A stretch of DNA of 44,123 nt from Actinomycetales bacterium (GTDB lineage Bacteria > Actinomycetota > Actinomycetes > Actinomycetales > CAVURS01): contig JBJMHS010000089.1 in assembly GCA_045807245.1 (NCBI GenBank), positions 1 through 44,123 on the forward strand, in the 5' to 3' direction. The notes beneath the pieces were generated by a model. The model saw nothing but the letters and a program-made list of their open reading frames with translations, was not told the origin of the DNA and did not search any database. Made by a program: the position numbers and the translations under genes. Of the stretch, positions 18,555-27,220 are shown piece by piece. How positions within the stretch are numbered: the first letter of the stretch is position 1; each line of letters opens with the position of its first letter.

Positions 18555-19664
18555 GTGACAGAGCGGTCGAGCGCGCGGACCAGTTCGCCGATCGGTCTGC
18601 ACCGCGTCCTGGAGCCGGTCGGGGTGCTGCCCCAGGCGGCCCAGCGGCTGGACGCCACCTCCCCGCTCTGGCCGGACGAGGTGCGGGTCGCCGTCGACGT
18701 GCTCAACCTGGACGCCGCGTCGTACCGCCAGCTCGCCGCCGCGCATGCCGACCCGACCGGGGGAGTGGACGGCCCGGCGGTCCGGGCCGAGGTCCTGGGC
18801 ATCGTCGCCGCGCGCGGGAAGATGCAGAACCCGGTGACCGGCTCGGGGGGCATGCTCGTGGGCACGGTCACCGAGGTCGGGCCGGAGTCACCGCTGGGAC
18901 TGGCCGTGGGGGACCGGGTCGCGACGCTCGTCTCGCTGTCGCTGACGCCGCTGCGGATCACCGACCGGCTCGAGCGCTGGGACGGGCACAGCGAGCAGGT
19001 GCCCGCCGCCGGCGACGCCATCCTGTTCGGCCGGTCGATCGCCGCCGTCATCCCGGACGACCTCGACCCGCGCCTGTCGTTGATGGTCATGGACGTCTGC
19101 GGCGCGCCCGCTCTCGTCTCGCGGGTGGTCGGCCGGTACGCCGCGAGCCGTGAGCCCGGCGCCGGCGCGCCCACTGTCGCGGTGATCGGTGCCGCAGGTA
19201 AGTCCGGCTCGCTGGCCCTGGCTGCCGCCCGCGACGCCGGCGCCGGCCGGAGCGTGGGCATCGTGCCGGTCGAGGAGGAGCGGGCAGCCCTCACCGCGAG
19301 CCGCCTGTCCGATGCCGTGGCCCTGGCGGACGCCCGCAACCCCGTGGCGCTGGCCACGGCGGTCGAGGACGCGCTCGGCGGCCCGGCCGACGTCACCGTC
19401 GTCTGCGTCGACGTGCCCGGCTGCGAGCACGGCGCGATCCTGGCCACGGCCGAGGGCGGCACCGTCATCTTCTTCTCGATGGCCACGTCCTTCAGCGCGG
19501 CCGCGCTCGGGGCCGAGGGCCTGGCCGCCGACGTGACGATGCTGGTCGGCAACGGCTACGTCCCCGGGCACGCGGCGTACGCGCTCGACTTGCTGCGGCG
19601 CACACCCGCCGTCCGCCAGCTGTTCGAGTCGCGCCTGGCCGCCGAGGAGACTCAGGCGTCATGA
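18555..19664 (+). CDS. kdd: L-erythro-3,5-diaminohexanoate dehydrogenase
   Basis: GLHRVLEP, RGKMQNPVTGSGGML, ATLVSLSLTPL, GAAGKSG, FFSMATSF and GNGY motifs; kam cluster context. Confidence 0.88.
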   Translation: MTERSSARTSSPIGLHRVLEPVGVLPQAAQRLDATSPLWPDEVRVAVDVLNLDAASYRQLAAAHADPTGGVDGPAVRAEVLGIVAARGKMQNPVTGSGGMLVGTVTEVGPESPLGLAVGDRVATLVSLSLTPLRITDRLERWDGHSEQVPAAGDAILFGRSIAAVIPDDLDPRLSLMVMDVCGAPALVSRVVGRYAASREPGAGAPTVAVIGAAGKSGSLALAAARDAGAGRSVGIVPVEEERAALTASRLSDAVALADARNPVALATAVEDALGGPADVTVVCVDVPGCEHGAILATAEGGTVIFFSMATSFSAAALGAEGLAADVTMLVGNGYVPGHAAYALDLLRRTPAVRQLFESRLAAEETQAS

Positions 19665-21205
19665 CGCGCACCCTGCTGCACAGCGGGCGGATCTTCACCG
19701 CCGGCGACGAGCCAGTTGTCACCTCCCTGCTCGTCGAGGACGGCCGGGTCCTCTGGACCGGTGACGACGTCGCGGTGGCCGGTGCGGACGAGCTGGTCGA
19801 CCTCGACGGTGCGCTGGTGACGCCCGCGTTCGTCGACGCGCACACCCATACGACGGAGACCGGTCTGGCCCTGCGTGGGGTGGACCTGACCGACAGCCCG
19901 TCGCTGGCCGACGCCCTCGACCGGGTGGCGCTGGCCGCGCGGGCCGGGGCCGGCCGCCCGGTACTGGGCCATGGCTGGGACGAGCGCCGCTGGCCGGAGG
20001 GCCGTCCGCCGACGCGCGCCGAGCTGGACCGGGCGAGCTACGGCGGCGTCGTGTACCTGTCCCGGGTCGACGTGCACTCCGCCGTGGTCTCGTCCGCATT
20101 GGCCGCGGCGGCCCACCTGCGCGAGCTCTCGGGCTGGGCCGACGACGGCCGGGTCGAGCGCGACGCCCACCACGCCGCCCGGACGGCGACGCGGGACGGG
20201 ATCGGGCCGGGCCTGCGCCGGGAGCTGCAGGTCGACGCGCTCAGCGCCGCGGCCGCGACCGGCATCGGTTGCGTGCACGAGATGTCCGCTCCGCACATCG
20301 CCTCCGAGCAGGACCTGCGCGAGCTGCTGGCCCTGTCGGCCGAACGGCCCGACCTGCCGATGGTCGCGCCGTACCGCGGCCAGCTCGTGACCAGCGCCGA
20401 CGAGGCGCGCGCCGTGGCCGAGCGGCTGGCCGTGCCCGGGGCGGCGCCGGTGCTGGGCCTGGCCGGCGACCTCTGCGCCGACGGCTCCATCGGTTCGCAC
20501 ACGGCGGCACTTCGCGCGCCGTACAGCGACGCAGTGACGAGTGGCCACGCCTACCTCACGGTGGAGCAGGTGGCGGCACACGTGGCTGCCTGCACGACGG
20601 CCGGCCTGGCGGCGGGGTTCCACGTCATCGGCGACCAGGCCGTCGACCTCGTGCTGGCCGGTTTCGCCGCCGCCGTCGACCGAGTCGGGTTGGACGCCGT
20701 GCGGGCCGGCAACCACCGCCTCGAGCACGTCGAGATGGCTGACGACGCGGCCGTCGCGGAGCTGGCCCGGCTCGGGCTGACCGCGAGCGTGCAGCCGGTC
20801 TTCGACGCCTGGTGGGGCGGCGACAGCGGCCTGTACGCCGAGCGGCTGGGCACCCAGCGCGGGCCGCGGCTCAACCGGTTCGCTGACCTGCACGCTGCCG
20901 GCGTCCCCCTCTTCCTCGGCTCGGACACGCCCGTGACGCCGTACGACCCCTGGGGCGCCCTGCGGGCCTGCGTGCACCATCACGACCCGGGCCAGCGGGT
21001 CGACCTGCGGACCGCGTTGGGCTGGCACACCGGCTCGCTGCGCCCGGGCCGGGTCGCGTCGTACGCCGTGTGGAACGTGCCGGGCGGGTTCGACGACCCG
21101 GACGGGGAGCTGCCCGACGTCGGGCCTGGCGTCCCCGACCCGGAGTGCCTGCTCACCGTGGTCCGCGGCACCGTGGCCTACCAGCGCGAAGGAGCCCTGG
21201 CATGA
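19661..21205 (+). CDS. Metal-dependent amidohydrolase (YtcJ-like, amidohydro_3)
   Basis: PAFVDAHTH, RVDVHS, ADGSIGSHTA, FHVIGD, HRLEH and GSDTP; ATGA overlaps on both sides. Confidence 0.9.
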   Translation: MTRTLLHSGRIFTAGDEPVVTSLLVEDGRVLWTGDDVAVAGADELVDLDGALVTPAFVDAHTHTTETGLALRGVDLTDSPSLADALDRVALAARAGAGRPVLGHGWDERRWPEGRPPTRAELDRASYGGVVYLSRVDVHSAVVSSALAAAAHLRELSGWADDGRVERDAHHAARTATRDGIGPGLRRELQVDALSAAAATGIGCVHEMSAPHIASEQDLRELLALSAERPDLPMVAPYRGQLVTSADEARAVAERLAVPGAAPVLGLAGDLCADGSIGSHTAALRAPYSDAVTSGHAYLTVEQVAAHVAACTTAGLAAGFHVIGDQAVDLVLAGFAAAVDRVGLDAVRAGNHRLEHVEMADDAAVAELARLGLTASVQPVFDAWWGGDSGLYAERLGTQRGPRLNRFADLHAAGVPLFLGSDTPVTPYDPWGALRACVHHHDPGQRVDLRTALGWHTGSLRPGRVASYAVWNVPGGFDDPDGELPDVGPGVPDPECLLTVVRGTVAYQREGALA

Positions 21206-22785
21206 GCAAGCCCGTCCTCGAGCTGGACCCCCAGGTCGTCCGCACCGCGCGTCGGCTGGCCCGCAAGGCGGGGGCCCCGGTCGTGAAGCTGGCGCGCACC
21301 CACACGACCGTGTCGGTCGAACGCGCGCTGCTCCGGCTGGCCGGCCTCAGCGGCGCGGACCACGAGCGGGTGCCGTGGGTCAACCACCTGGTGGACGAGG
21401 TCCGCGACCAGGTGGGCATCGAGCACGGCGTGGCCCTGCCGGTCTGGGACGCCCTGCGCCGCGGTGAGGCCGAGGACCTGCTGGTCCTGGCCCAGAAGGC
21501 CGCCTCCGGGTCGGTCTCCTTCCGCGTGCCGGAGAGCCGGGAGGCCAGCCGCGCCGCCACGGCCGCCCGGCAGGCCGCGGCCTCAGGGCTGCGCCGGGTC
21601 GACCGCAGCCGCACGGCGCGCGAGCGCCTGGTCCGCCGGTTGGGCGACCCGGAGCAGCGGCCCTGGATCTACCTCATCGTCGCCACCGGGGACATCTACG
21701 AGGACATCCCGCAGGCCCAGGCCGCCGCACGGGAAGGCGCCGACGTCATCGCGGTCATCCGCTCGACCGGGCAGAGCCTGCTCGACTACGTCCCGGAGGG
21801 GGCGACCCGCGAGGGGTACGCCGGCACCTACGCCACGCAGGAGAACTTCCGGCTGATGCGAGCGGCCCTCGACGACGTCAGCAAGGAGCTCGGCCGCTAT
21901 GTCCGGCTGACCAACTACGCCTCGGGGCTGTGCATGCCCGAGATTGCGACCCTCGCCGGTCTCGAGCGGCTCGACATGATGCTCAACGACTCGATGTACG
22001 GGATCCTGTTCCGCGACATCAACCCGATCCGCACCTTCGTCGACCAGCGCTACTCGCGGCAGATCCATGCCCGCGCCGGCATCATCATCAACACGGGCGA
22101 GGACAACTACCTGACGACGGCCGATGCGGTCGAAGAGGCGCACACCGTGACCGTGAGCCAGCTCATGAACGAGTACTTCGCCAAGGAGGCCGGGCTCGAG
22201 AACTGGCAGCTCGGGCTGGGCCACGCCTTCGAGATCAACCCCGACCGGCCGGACAGCTTCCGGCTCGAGCTCGCCCACGCCCTCCTGGCCCGCACGCTGT
22301 TCCCCGACGCACCGCTGAAGTGGATGCCGCCGACCAAGCACATGACCGGGGACGTCTTCCGCGGCTACCTGCTGGACGGGTTCTTCAACCTGGTGGGTGC
22401 GATGACCGGTCAGGGCATCCTGCTCGTCGGCATGATGACCGAGGCCGTCGTAACGCCGTTCCTCTCCGACCGGGACCTGGCGTTGCAGAACGTCCGCTAC
22501 GTGCTCGGCGCAGCCGGTGGCCTGACCGAGGACTTCCACCCGCCACGGGACGGTTTCATCCAGACCCGGGCCCGACAGGTGTTGTCGGAGGCGGTGGAGC
22601 TCCTGGACCGAATCTGCAACGACACAGGTGACGCCATTCCGCTGCTGGCGGCCATCGGCGACGGGACCTTCGGGCTGATGAAGCGGCCCGCCGGCAAGGG
22701 CAAGGGCCTGGAGGGCGTGGCCAAGCGGGCGCCCGGTTACGTCAACCCGGCGATCGACCTGCTCGAGGAGGGGGCGACCCGATGA
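21202..22785 (+). CDS. kamD: D-lysine/beta-lysine 5,6-aminomutase alpha subunit
   Basis: HTTVSVER, IVATGDIYED, RSTGQSLLDY, NYASGLCMPE and WMPPTKHMTG; ATG 21202 overlaps the amidohydrolase stop. Confidence 0.93.
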   Translation: MSKPVLELDPQVVRTARRLARKAGAPVVKLARTHTTVSVERALLRLAGLSGADHERVPWVNHLVDEVRDQVGIEHGVALPVWDALRRGEAEDLLVLAQKAASGSVSFRVPESREASRAATAARQAAASGLRRVDRSRTARERLVRRLGDPEQRPWIYLIVATGDIYEDIPQAQAAAREGADVIAVIRSTGQSLLDYVPEGATREGYAGTYATQENFRLMRAALDDVSKELGRYVRLTNYASGLCMPEIATLAGLERLDMMLNDSMYGILFRDINPIRTFVDQRYSRQIHARAGIIINTGEDNYLTTADAVEEAHTVTVSQLMNEYFAKEAGLENWQLGLGHAFEINPDRPDSFRLELAHALLARTLFPDAPLKWMPPTKHMTGDVFRGYLLDGFFNLVGAMTGQGILLVGMMTEAVVTPFLSDRDLALQNVRYVLGAAGGLTEDFHPPRDGFIQTRARQVLSEAVELLDRICNDTGDAIPLLAAIGDGTFGLMKRPAGKGKGLEGVAKRAPGYVNPAIDLLEEGATR

Positions 22786-23558
22786 CGGCGGCAGCGCGCA
22801 AGAAGGTCGTGCGCCCCTACGGCGACACGACCGGCGACGGCATGGTGCAGGTGTCGTTCACCCTGCCGGTGCCCCACGACAAGCGGGCCGAGGGCGCGGC
22901 CATCCAGCTGGCGAACAAGATGGGCCTCGACCCGGCGCTGCTGGTGCACGCCAAGTCGATGGGGCCGGACTTCACCTTCTTCGTCGTCTACGGCTCGGCC
23001 AACCACGTGGTCGACCTGTCGGCGGTCGAGGTCGTCGAGCGCGAGTACCCACTGCTCACGGCCAAGGAGGTCAACTCCGCGATCAAGTCCCGCCTCCGGC
23101 GCAAGCTGGTCGTCGTCGGCGCCTGCATCGGCACCGACGCCCACACCGTGGGCATCGACGCAATCCTCAACATCAAGGGCTTCGCCGGGGAGAAGGGCCT
23201 GGAGTACTACCGGGAGATCAAGGTCGTGAACCTCGGGGCCCAAGTCCTCGTGCCCGAGCTGGTCGAGCGAGCCCGGGCGGAGCGCGCCGACGCGGTCCTG
23301 GTCTCGCAGGTTGTGACCCAGCGCGATGCGCACGTGCACAACACGACCGCGATGTCCGCGGCGTTCCGTGAGGCGTACCCGGCGGGGCACCGGCCGCTGC
23401 TCGTCGTCGGCGGCCCCCGGTTCGACCAAGGCGCGACGGCGAAGCTCGGGGTCGACCGGATCTTCGGCAAGGGCACGACGCCCGGCGAGGTCGCGTCGTA
23501 CCTGGCCCACGCCCTGCTGCCCCCGAGCTCACGGACGGATGAGAGGAAGAGCGCATGA
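22782..23558 (+). CDS. kamE: Lysine 5,6-aminomutase beta subunit (cobalamin-binding)
   Basis: PYGDTTGDGMVQVSFTLP, DAHTVG (DxHxxG), NIKGFAG and SQVVTQ. Confidence 0.93.
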   Translation: MTAAARKKVVRPYGDTTGDGMVQVSFTLPVPHDKRAEGAAIQLANKMGLDPALLVHAKSMGPDFTFFVVYGSANHVVDLSAVEVVEREYPLLTAKEVNSAIKSRLRRKLVVVGACIGTDAHTVGIDAILNIKGFAGEKGLEYYREIKVVNLGAQVLVPELVERARAERADAVLVSQVVTQRDAHVHNTTAMSAAFREAYPAGHRPLLVVGGPRFDQGATAKLGVDRIFGKGTTPGEVASYLAHALLPPSSRTDERKSA

Positions 23559-23968
23559 GCGAGGGTGCGGACCCCCGGGTCGGCCTGCGCGTGGTCCACC
23601 GGCGGTACGTGCCGTACAGCCATGCCCACTACGCGGGCCACCTCGTCGATGGCGCCTACTCGCTGGCCTGCTTCGGCGACGTGGCGACCGAGGTGTGCAT
23701 CCGCACCGACGGCGACGAGGGACTTTTCGCGTCGTACTCGGACGTCCAGTTCAAGGCGCCGGTCCGGGCGGGTGACGTCATCGAGGTCGAGGCAGAGGTG
23801 GTCCGCGTCGGCTCGCGCAGCCGCACCCTCGACTTCACGGTCAGGGTGGTCGCACGCGGCCGGCCGGACCGGTCGGAGTCGGCGGCCGAGGTGCTCGAGC
23901 CGCCGCTGGTCGCGACGACCGCGACCGGCACCGTCGTGGTGCCTCCTGGCGCCGCTGGCCCGCGCTGA
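23555..23968 (+). CDS. kal: 3-aminobutyryl-CoA ammonia-lyase (hotdog fold)
   Basis: AHYAGHLVDGA, DGDEGLF and PVRAGD; last gene of the kdd operon. Confidence 0.85.
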   Translation: MSEGADPRVGLRVVHRRYVPYSHAHYAGHLVDGAYSLACFGDVATEVCIRTDGDEGLFASYSDVQFKAPVRAGDVIEVEAEVVRVGSRSRTLDFTVRVVARGRPDRSESAAEVLEPPLVATTATGTVVVPPGAAGPR

Positions 23969-24100
23969 ACAAGGCCCTCGGCGTGTCCGCGACGACACGC
24001 CGCGTCACGGGAAATTCCTTGCGAGACAACGTTCTCGGCCGGATGTCACTGACCTGCACGGACGCTCGGCGCCGGAGGATCGCCGCAGGTCACGCGGCTC

Positions 24101-24129
24101 TCGACACCCCCCCATGGAGAGGGTAGGTT
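24101..24129 (+). promoter_or_regulatory. Primary-sigma-type promoter
   Basis: TCGACA-N17-TAGGTT, close to the TTGACA/TANNNT consensus; predicted start site ~24135. Confidence 0.6.
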
Positions 24130-24134
24130 CCTGC

Positions 24135-24375
24135 GCTGTCGTCCATGACGGACTCCCGGGTTCGCGGACCGTCGATGGGGGGAGAACGAGGGACCAGGGG
24201 CGGTTCGCGCGCGCAGCCGCCGCGCCATCCAGGTCTCGCGGATTCCTCCAGAGGTGGTCCGGCGGTTGCCGGTGATGGATGACGGATGGGCCCGCGCGCT
24301 TAGTAGACAACGCCGGTGGCCACCGCACCCAGCGGAGGCACTGGTGGTCCCAACGGCGGCGCGGGCCCATCCGGG
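24135..24375 (+). ncRNA. Candidate structured non-coding RNA (~240 nt, four hairpins), family unrecognised
   Basis: Downstream of the promoter above. Hairpins at 24143-24178, 24199-24221, 24226-24281 and 24283-24373 (perfect 15-bp closing stem). No convincing ORF, and lnt has its own -10. Confidence 0.45.
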
Positions 24376-24414
24376 TCCGGCTCCCTTCATAGGGCGGCGA
24401 GATAACCTCACTGC

Positions 24415-25980
24415 GTGCTCACCCGGATGCCGAACGCCCGCGGCCGGCTGACCGCGTCGCTGGTGGGCGACCGGCTCCCGCTGCCGGTCGCTCTCGTGGC
24501 GTCCCTGGTCGGCGGCCTGTCCCTGTGGCTGTCCTTCCCGAACCACAACGTGTGGTGGCTCGCGCCGGTGGGCGTCGGGCTGCTCGCCCTGGCCACCCGC
24601 GGGCAGCGGGTCCGCGTGGGCGCGCTGCTCGGGGGCGTCACCGGGCTGGCCTACTTCCTGCCCTTGCTGCACTGGAGCGGGGTGTACGTCGGCACCTTGC
24701 CGTGGCTCGCCCTGTCGGTGCTCGAGACGTTGTACGTCGCGCTGCTGGGCCTGGCCCTGCCGTTCGCCTGGCGGACCCGGCTGGCCCCGCTGGGCATCGC
24801 CGGGCTGTGGGTCGGCCAGGAGGCGCTGCGCGACCGGACGCCGTACGGCGGGTTCCCCTGGGCGCGCCTCGCCTTCTCGCAGGACAACGCCCCGACGCTG
24901 CACCTGGCCGCTCTAGGTGGGGCGCCGCTGGTCACGTTCGCGGTCGCCCTCGCGGGTGCGTGCCTCGCCGTGGCCGTGGTCCACGTCCGGATCCCGGCGC
25001 TGGGCGCGGGGCTGGCCGTCGCGGGGGCCGCCGTGATGGCCTGCGGGCTGCTCGTGCCGCTGCCCACGGGCGGCCGGACGATCCAGGTGGCCGGCGTCCA
25101 GGGCGACGTGCCGAAGGCCGGGCTGGACTTCGACACCCAGCGCGCGGCGGTGCTGGACCTGCACGCAAAGGGCACGCTGCAGCTCGCGGCCCAGGTCGCG
25201 GCCGGGCAGCGGCCCCAGCCCGACGTGGTGATCTGGCCGGAGAACGCCTCCGACCTCGACCCGTACCAGCAGGCCGACGCCCGCGACACGATCCAGGCGG
25301 CCGTGTCCGCGGTCGGCGCCCCGACGCTGGTCGGCTCGGTGCTGGACAACCCGCCCGGCCGGCTCAGCAACGTGAGCATCGCCTGGGACCCGCAGGCCGG
25401 GCCGGGCGCCCAGTACGTGAAGCGGCACCCGGTGCCATTCGGGGAGTACATCCCGAGCCGGGACTTCTTCCGGCGCTTCAGCGACAAGATCGACCTGGTG
25501 CCGAAGGACTTCGTCGCCGGGCACAAGGTCGGTGAGCTCCAGCTGGGGCCGGCCAAGGTCGGCGTGGCCATCTGCTTCGAGGTCGCGTACGACGGCCTGC
25601 TGCGCGACGCCGTCGACCAGGGCGCCCAGCTCCTCGTCGTACAGACCAACAACGCGACGTTCGGCTACACCGACGAGGCGGCCCAGCAGCTGGCCATGTC
25701 CCGCCTGCGCGCGGTCGAGCACGGGCGCGCCGTCGCGCACATCTCGACGGTGGGCATCAGCGCGCTCATCGCGCCGGACGGCCGTGTCCTGCAGCGCACC
25801 TCGCTGTTCACCCCGGCCCTGCTGCAGGCCGCCCTCCCGCTGCGCAGCTCGGTCACACTCGCCGACCGGCTCGGTGCCTGGACCGAGCTGGCGCTCGTGC
25901 TGCTCGGCCTCGGCGCCCTAGGCGCGGGCGTGGTGACCGCTCGACGGCGCCGGTCCACCGGGAGCGTTGAGCCGCAGTGA
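24415..25980 (+). CDS. lnt: Apolipoprotein N-acyltransferase
   Basis: [29 protein letters not shown] and RAVEHGR; TAACCT -10 6 nt before the GTG. Confidence 0.95.
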   Translation: MLTRMPNARGRLTASLVGDRLPLPVALVASLVGGLSLWLSFPNHNVWWLAPVGVGLLALATRGQRVRVGALLGGVTGLAYFLPLLHWSGVYVGTLPWLALSVLETLYVALLGLALPFAWRTRLAPLGIAGLWVGQEALRDRTPYGGFPWARLAFSQDNAPTLHLAALGGAPLVTFAVALAGACLAVAVVHVRIPALGAGLAVAGAAVMACGLLVPLPTGGRTIQVAGVQGDVPKAGLDFDTQRAAVLDLHAKGTLQLAAQVAAGQRPQPDVVIWPENASDLDPYQQADARDTIQAAVSAVGAPTLVGSVLDNPPGRLSNVSIAWDPQAGPGAQYVKRHPVPFGEYIPSRDFFRRFSDKIDLVPKDFVAGHKVGELQLGPAKVGVAICFEVAYDGLLRDAVDQGAQLLVVQTNNATFGYTDEAAQQLAMSRLRAVEHGRAVAHISTVGISALIAPDGRVLQRTSLFTPALLQAALPLRSSVTLADRLGAWTELALVLLGLGALGAGVVTARRRRSTGSVEPQ

Positions 25981-26741
25981 GCCGAGTTCTGGTGGTCATC
26001 CCGACGTACAACGAGCGGGAGAACCTCGAGCCGATCGTGCAGCGTCTGCGCGCGGCGGTGCCGGCAGCGGACGTCCTGGTGGCCGACGACGGCTCGCCGG
26101 ACGGGACCGGCGACCTGGCCGACCGGCTGGCCGATGCCGACCGCCAGGTGAAAGTCCTGCACCGCCCGGGCAAGGCGGGCCTCGGCGCGGCGTACCTGGC
26201 CGGCTTCGCGTGGGCGATGGAGCGCGGGTACGACGTCGTGGTCGAGATGGACGCCGACGGGTCGCACCAGCCGGAGCAGCTGCCGCGGCTGCTCGAGGCG
26301 CTCGGCCGCGCCGACGTCGTGCTCGGGTCGCGCTGGGTGCCCGGCGGCCGCGTGGAGAACTGGCCGGCCCGTCGGATGTTCCTGTCCCGGGGCGGCAACA
26401 CCTATACCCGGCTGGCCCTGGGCATCCCGGTCCGCGACGCGACCGGCGGGTACCGCGCCTTCCGGCGTTCGGCGCTGGAGTCGCTGGACCTGGCCGGCGT
26501 GGCGTCCCAGGGCTACTGCTTCCAGGTCGACCTGGCCTGGCGGGCGGTCCAGCGAGGCCTGCGAGTCGTGGAGGTGCCGATCACGTTCGTGGAGCGGGTC
26601 CACGGCAACAGCAAGATGAGCGGCTCGATCGTGCGTGAGTCGCTGGTCCGGATCACCCAGTGGGGCGCCCGTCATCGCCTCGAGCAGGTCCGCGGCCTGG
26701 TGGCTCGCACCCGGCGTACGGCGGCGGAGCCGCGCGCATGA
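25977..26741 (+). CDS. ppm1: Polyprenol monophosphomannose synthase (GT2)
   Basis: [34 protein letters not shown] and SKMS; GTGA overlap with lnt. Confidence 0.93.
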   Translation: MSRVLVVIPTYNERENLEPIVQRLRAAVPAADVLVADDGSPDGTGDLADRLADADRQVKVLHRPGKAGLGAAYLAGFAWAMERGYDVVVEMDADGSHQPEQLPRLLEALGRADVVLGSRWVPGGRVENWPARRMFLSRGGNTYTRLALGIPVRDATGGYRAFRRSALESLDLAGVASQGYCFQVDLAWRAVQRGLRVVEVPITFVERVHGNSKMSGSIVRESLVRITQWGARHRLEQVRGLVARTRRTAAEPRA

Positions 26742-27220
26742 CCGGCCGCCTGCGCCCGCGTCAGGTCCTCGGCTTCGTGCTGCTGGGGTTCGCCGTCGTC
26801 ATCGCGCTGGAGATCGCCGTCGCCGTCCTGGTCGCGCGGCTGATCGGGCCGTGGCCGACGATGCTGCTCATCGTCGCCTTCTCGTTCGCGGGTCTGCTGG
26901 TCGTCCGCCGGGCCGGCGCCCGATCGGTGCAGGCCCTGCGCCAGGCGGGCATCGAGCGCCGGCTGCCGGGCGGCGAGCTGGCCGACCACGCCCTGCTGCT
27001 GGTGGGCGGGGTGCTGATGATCCCGCCGGGCTTCGTCCTCGACCTGCTGGGCCTGGTCTTCGTCCTGCCGTTCACCCGGCCCCTGGCCCGGCGCTTCGTG
27101 GCGCTGGTCCTGCGCGGGCGTGTCTTCGTTCGCGTCGCGCAGTCCTGGCCCGGGCAGGGGCCGCCCGTCGTACCGGGTGAGGTCGTCCGTGACGACGAGC
27201 TAGGCCCCGGCCAGTCCTGA
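26738..27220 (+). CDS. fxsA: FxsA family membrane protein
   Basis: LEIAV...IGPWPT...[16 protein letters not shown]...PFTR; ATGA overlap with ppm1. Confidence 0.85.
   Translation: MTGRLRPRQVLGFVLLGFAVVIALEIAVAVLVARLIGPWPTMLLIVAFSFAGLLVVRRAGARSVQALRQAGIERRLPGGELADHALLLVGGVLMIPPGFVLDLLGLVFVLPFTRPLARRFVALVLRGRVFVRVAQSWPGQGPPVVPGEVVRDDELGPGQS

Noticed and set aside
24145..24282. 45-codon ORF (MTDSRVRGPS...) within the candidate ncRNA, and the track ORFs crossing this gap
   Set aside because: Atypical codon usage, no RBS and no motif; the RNA structure explains the region better, though a small peptide cannot be excluded.
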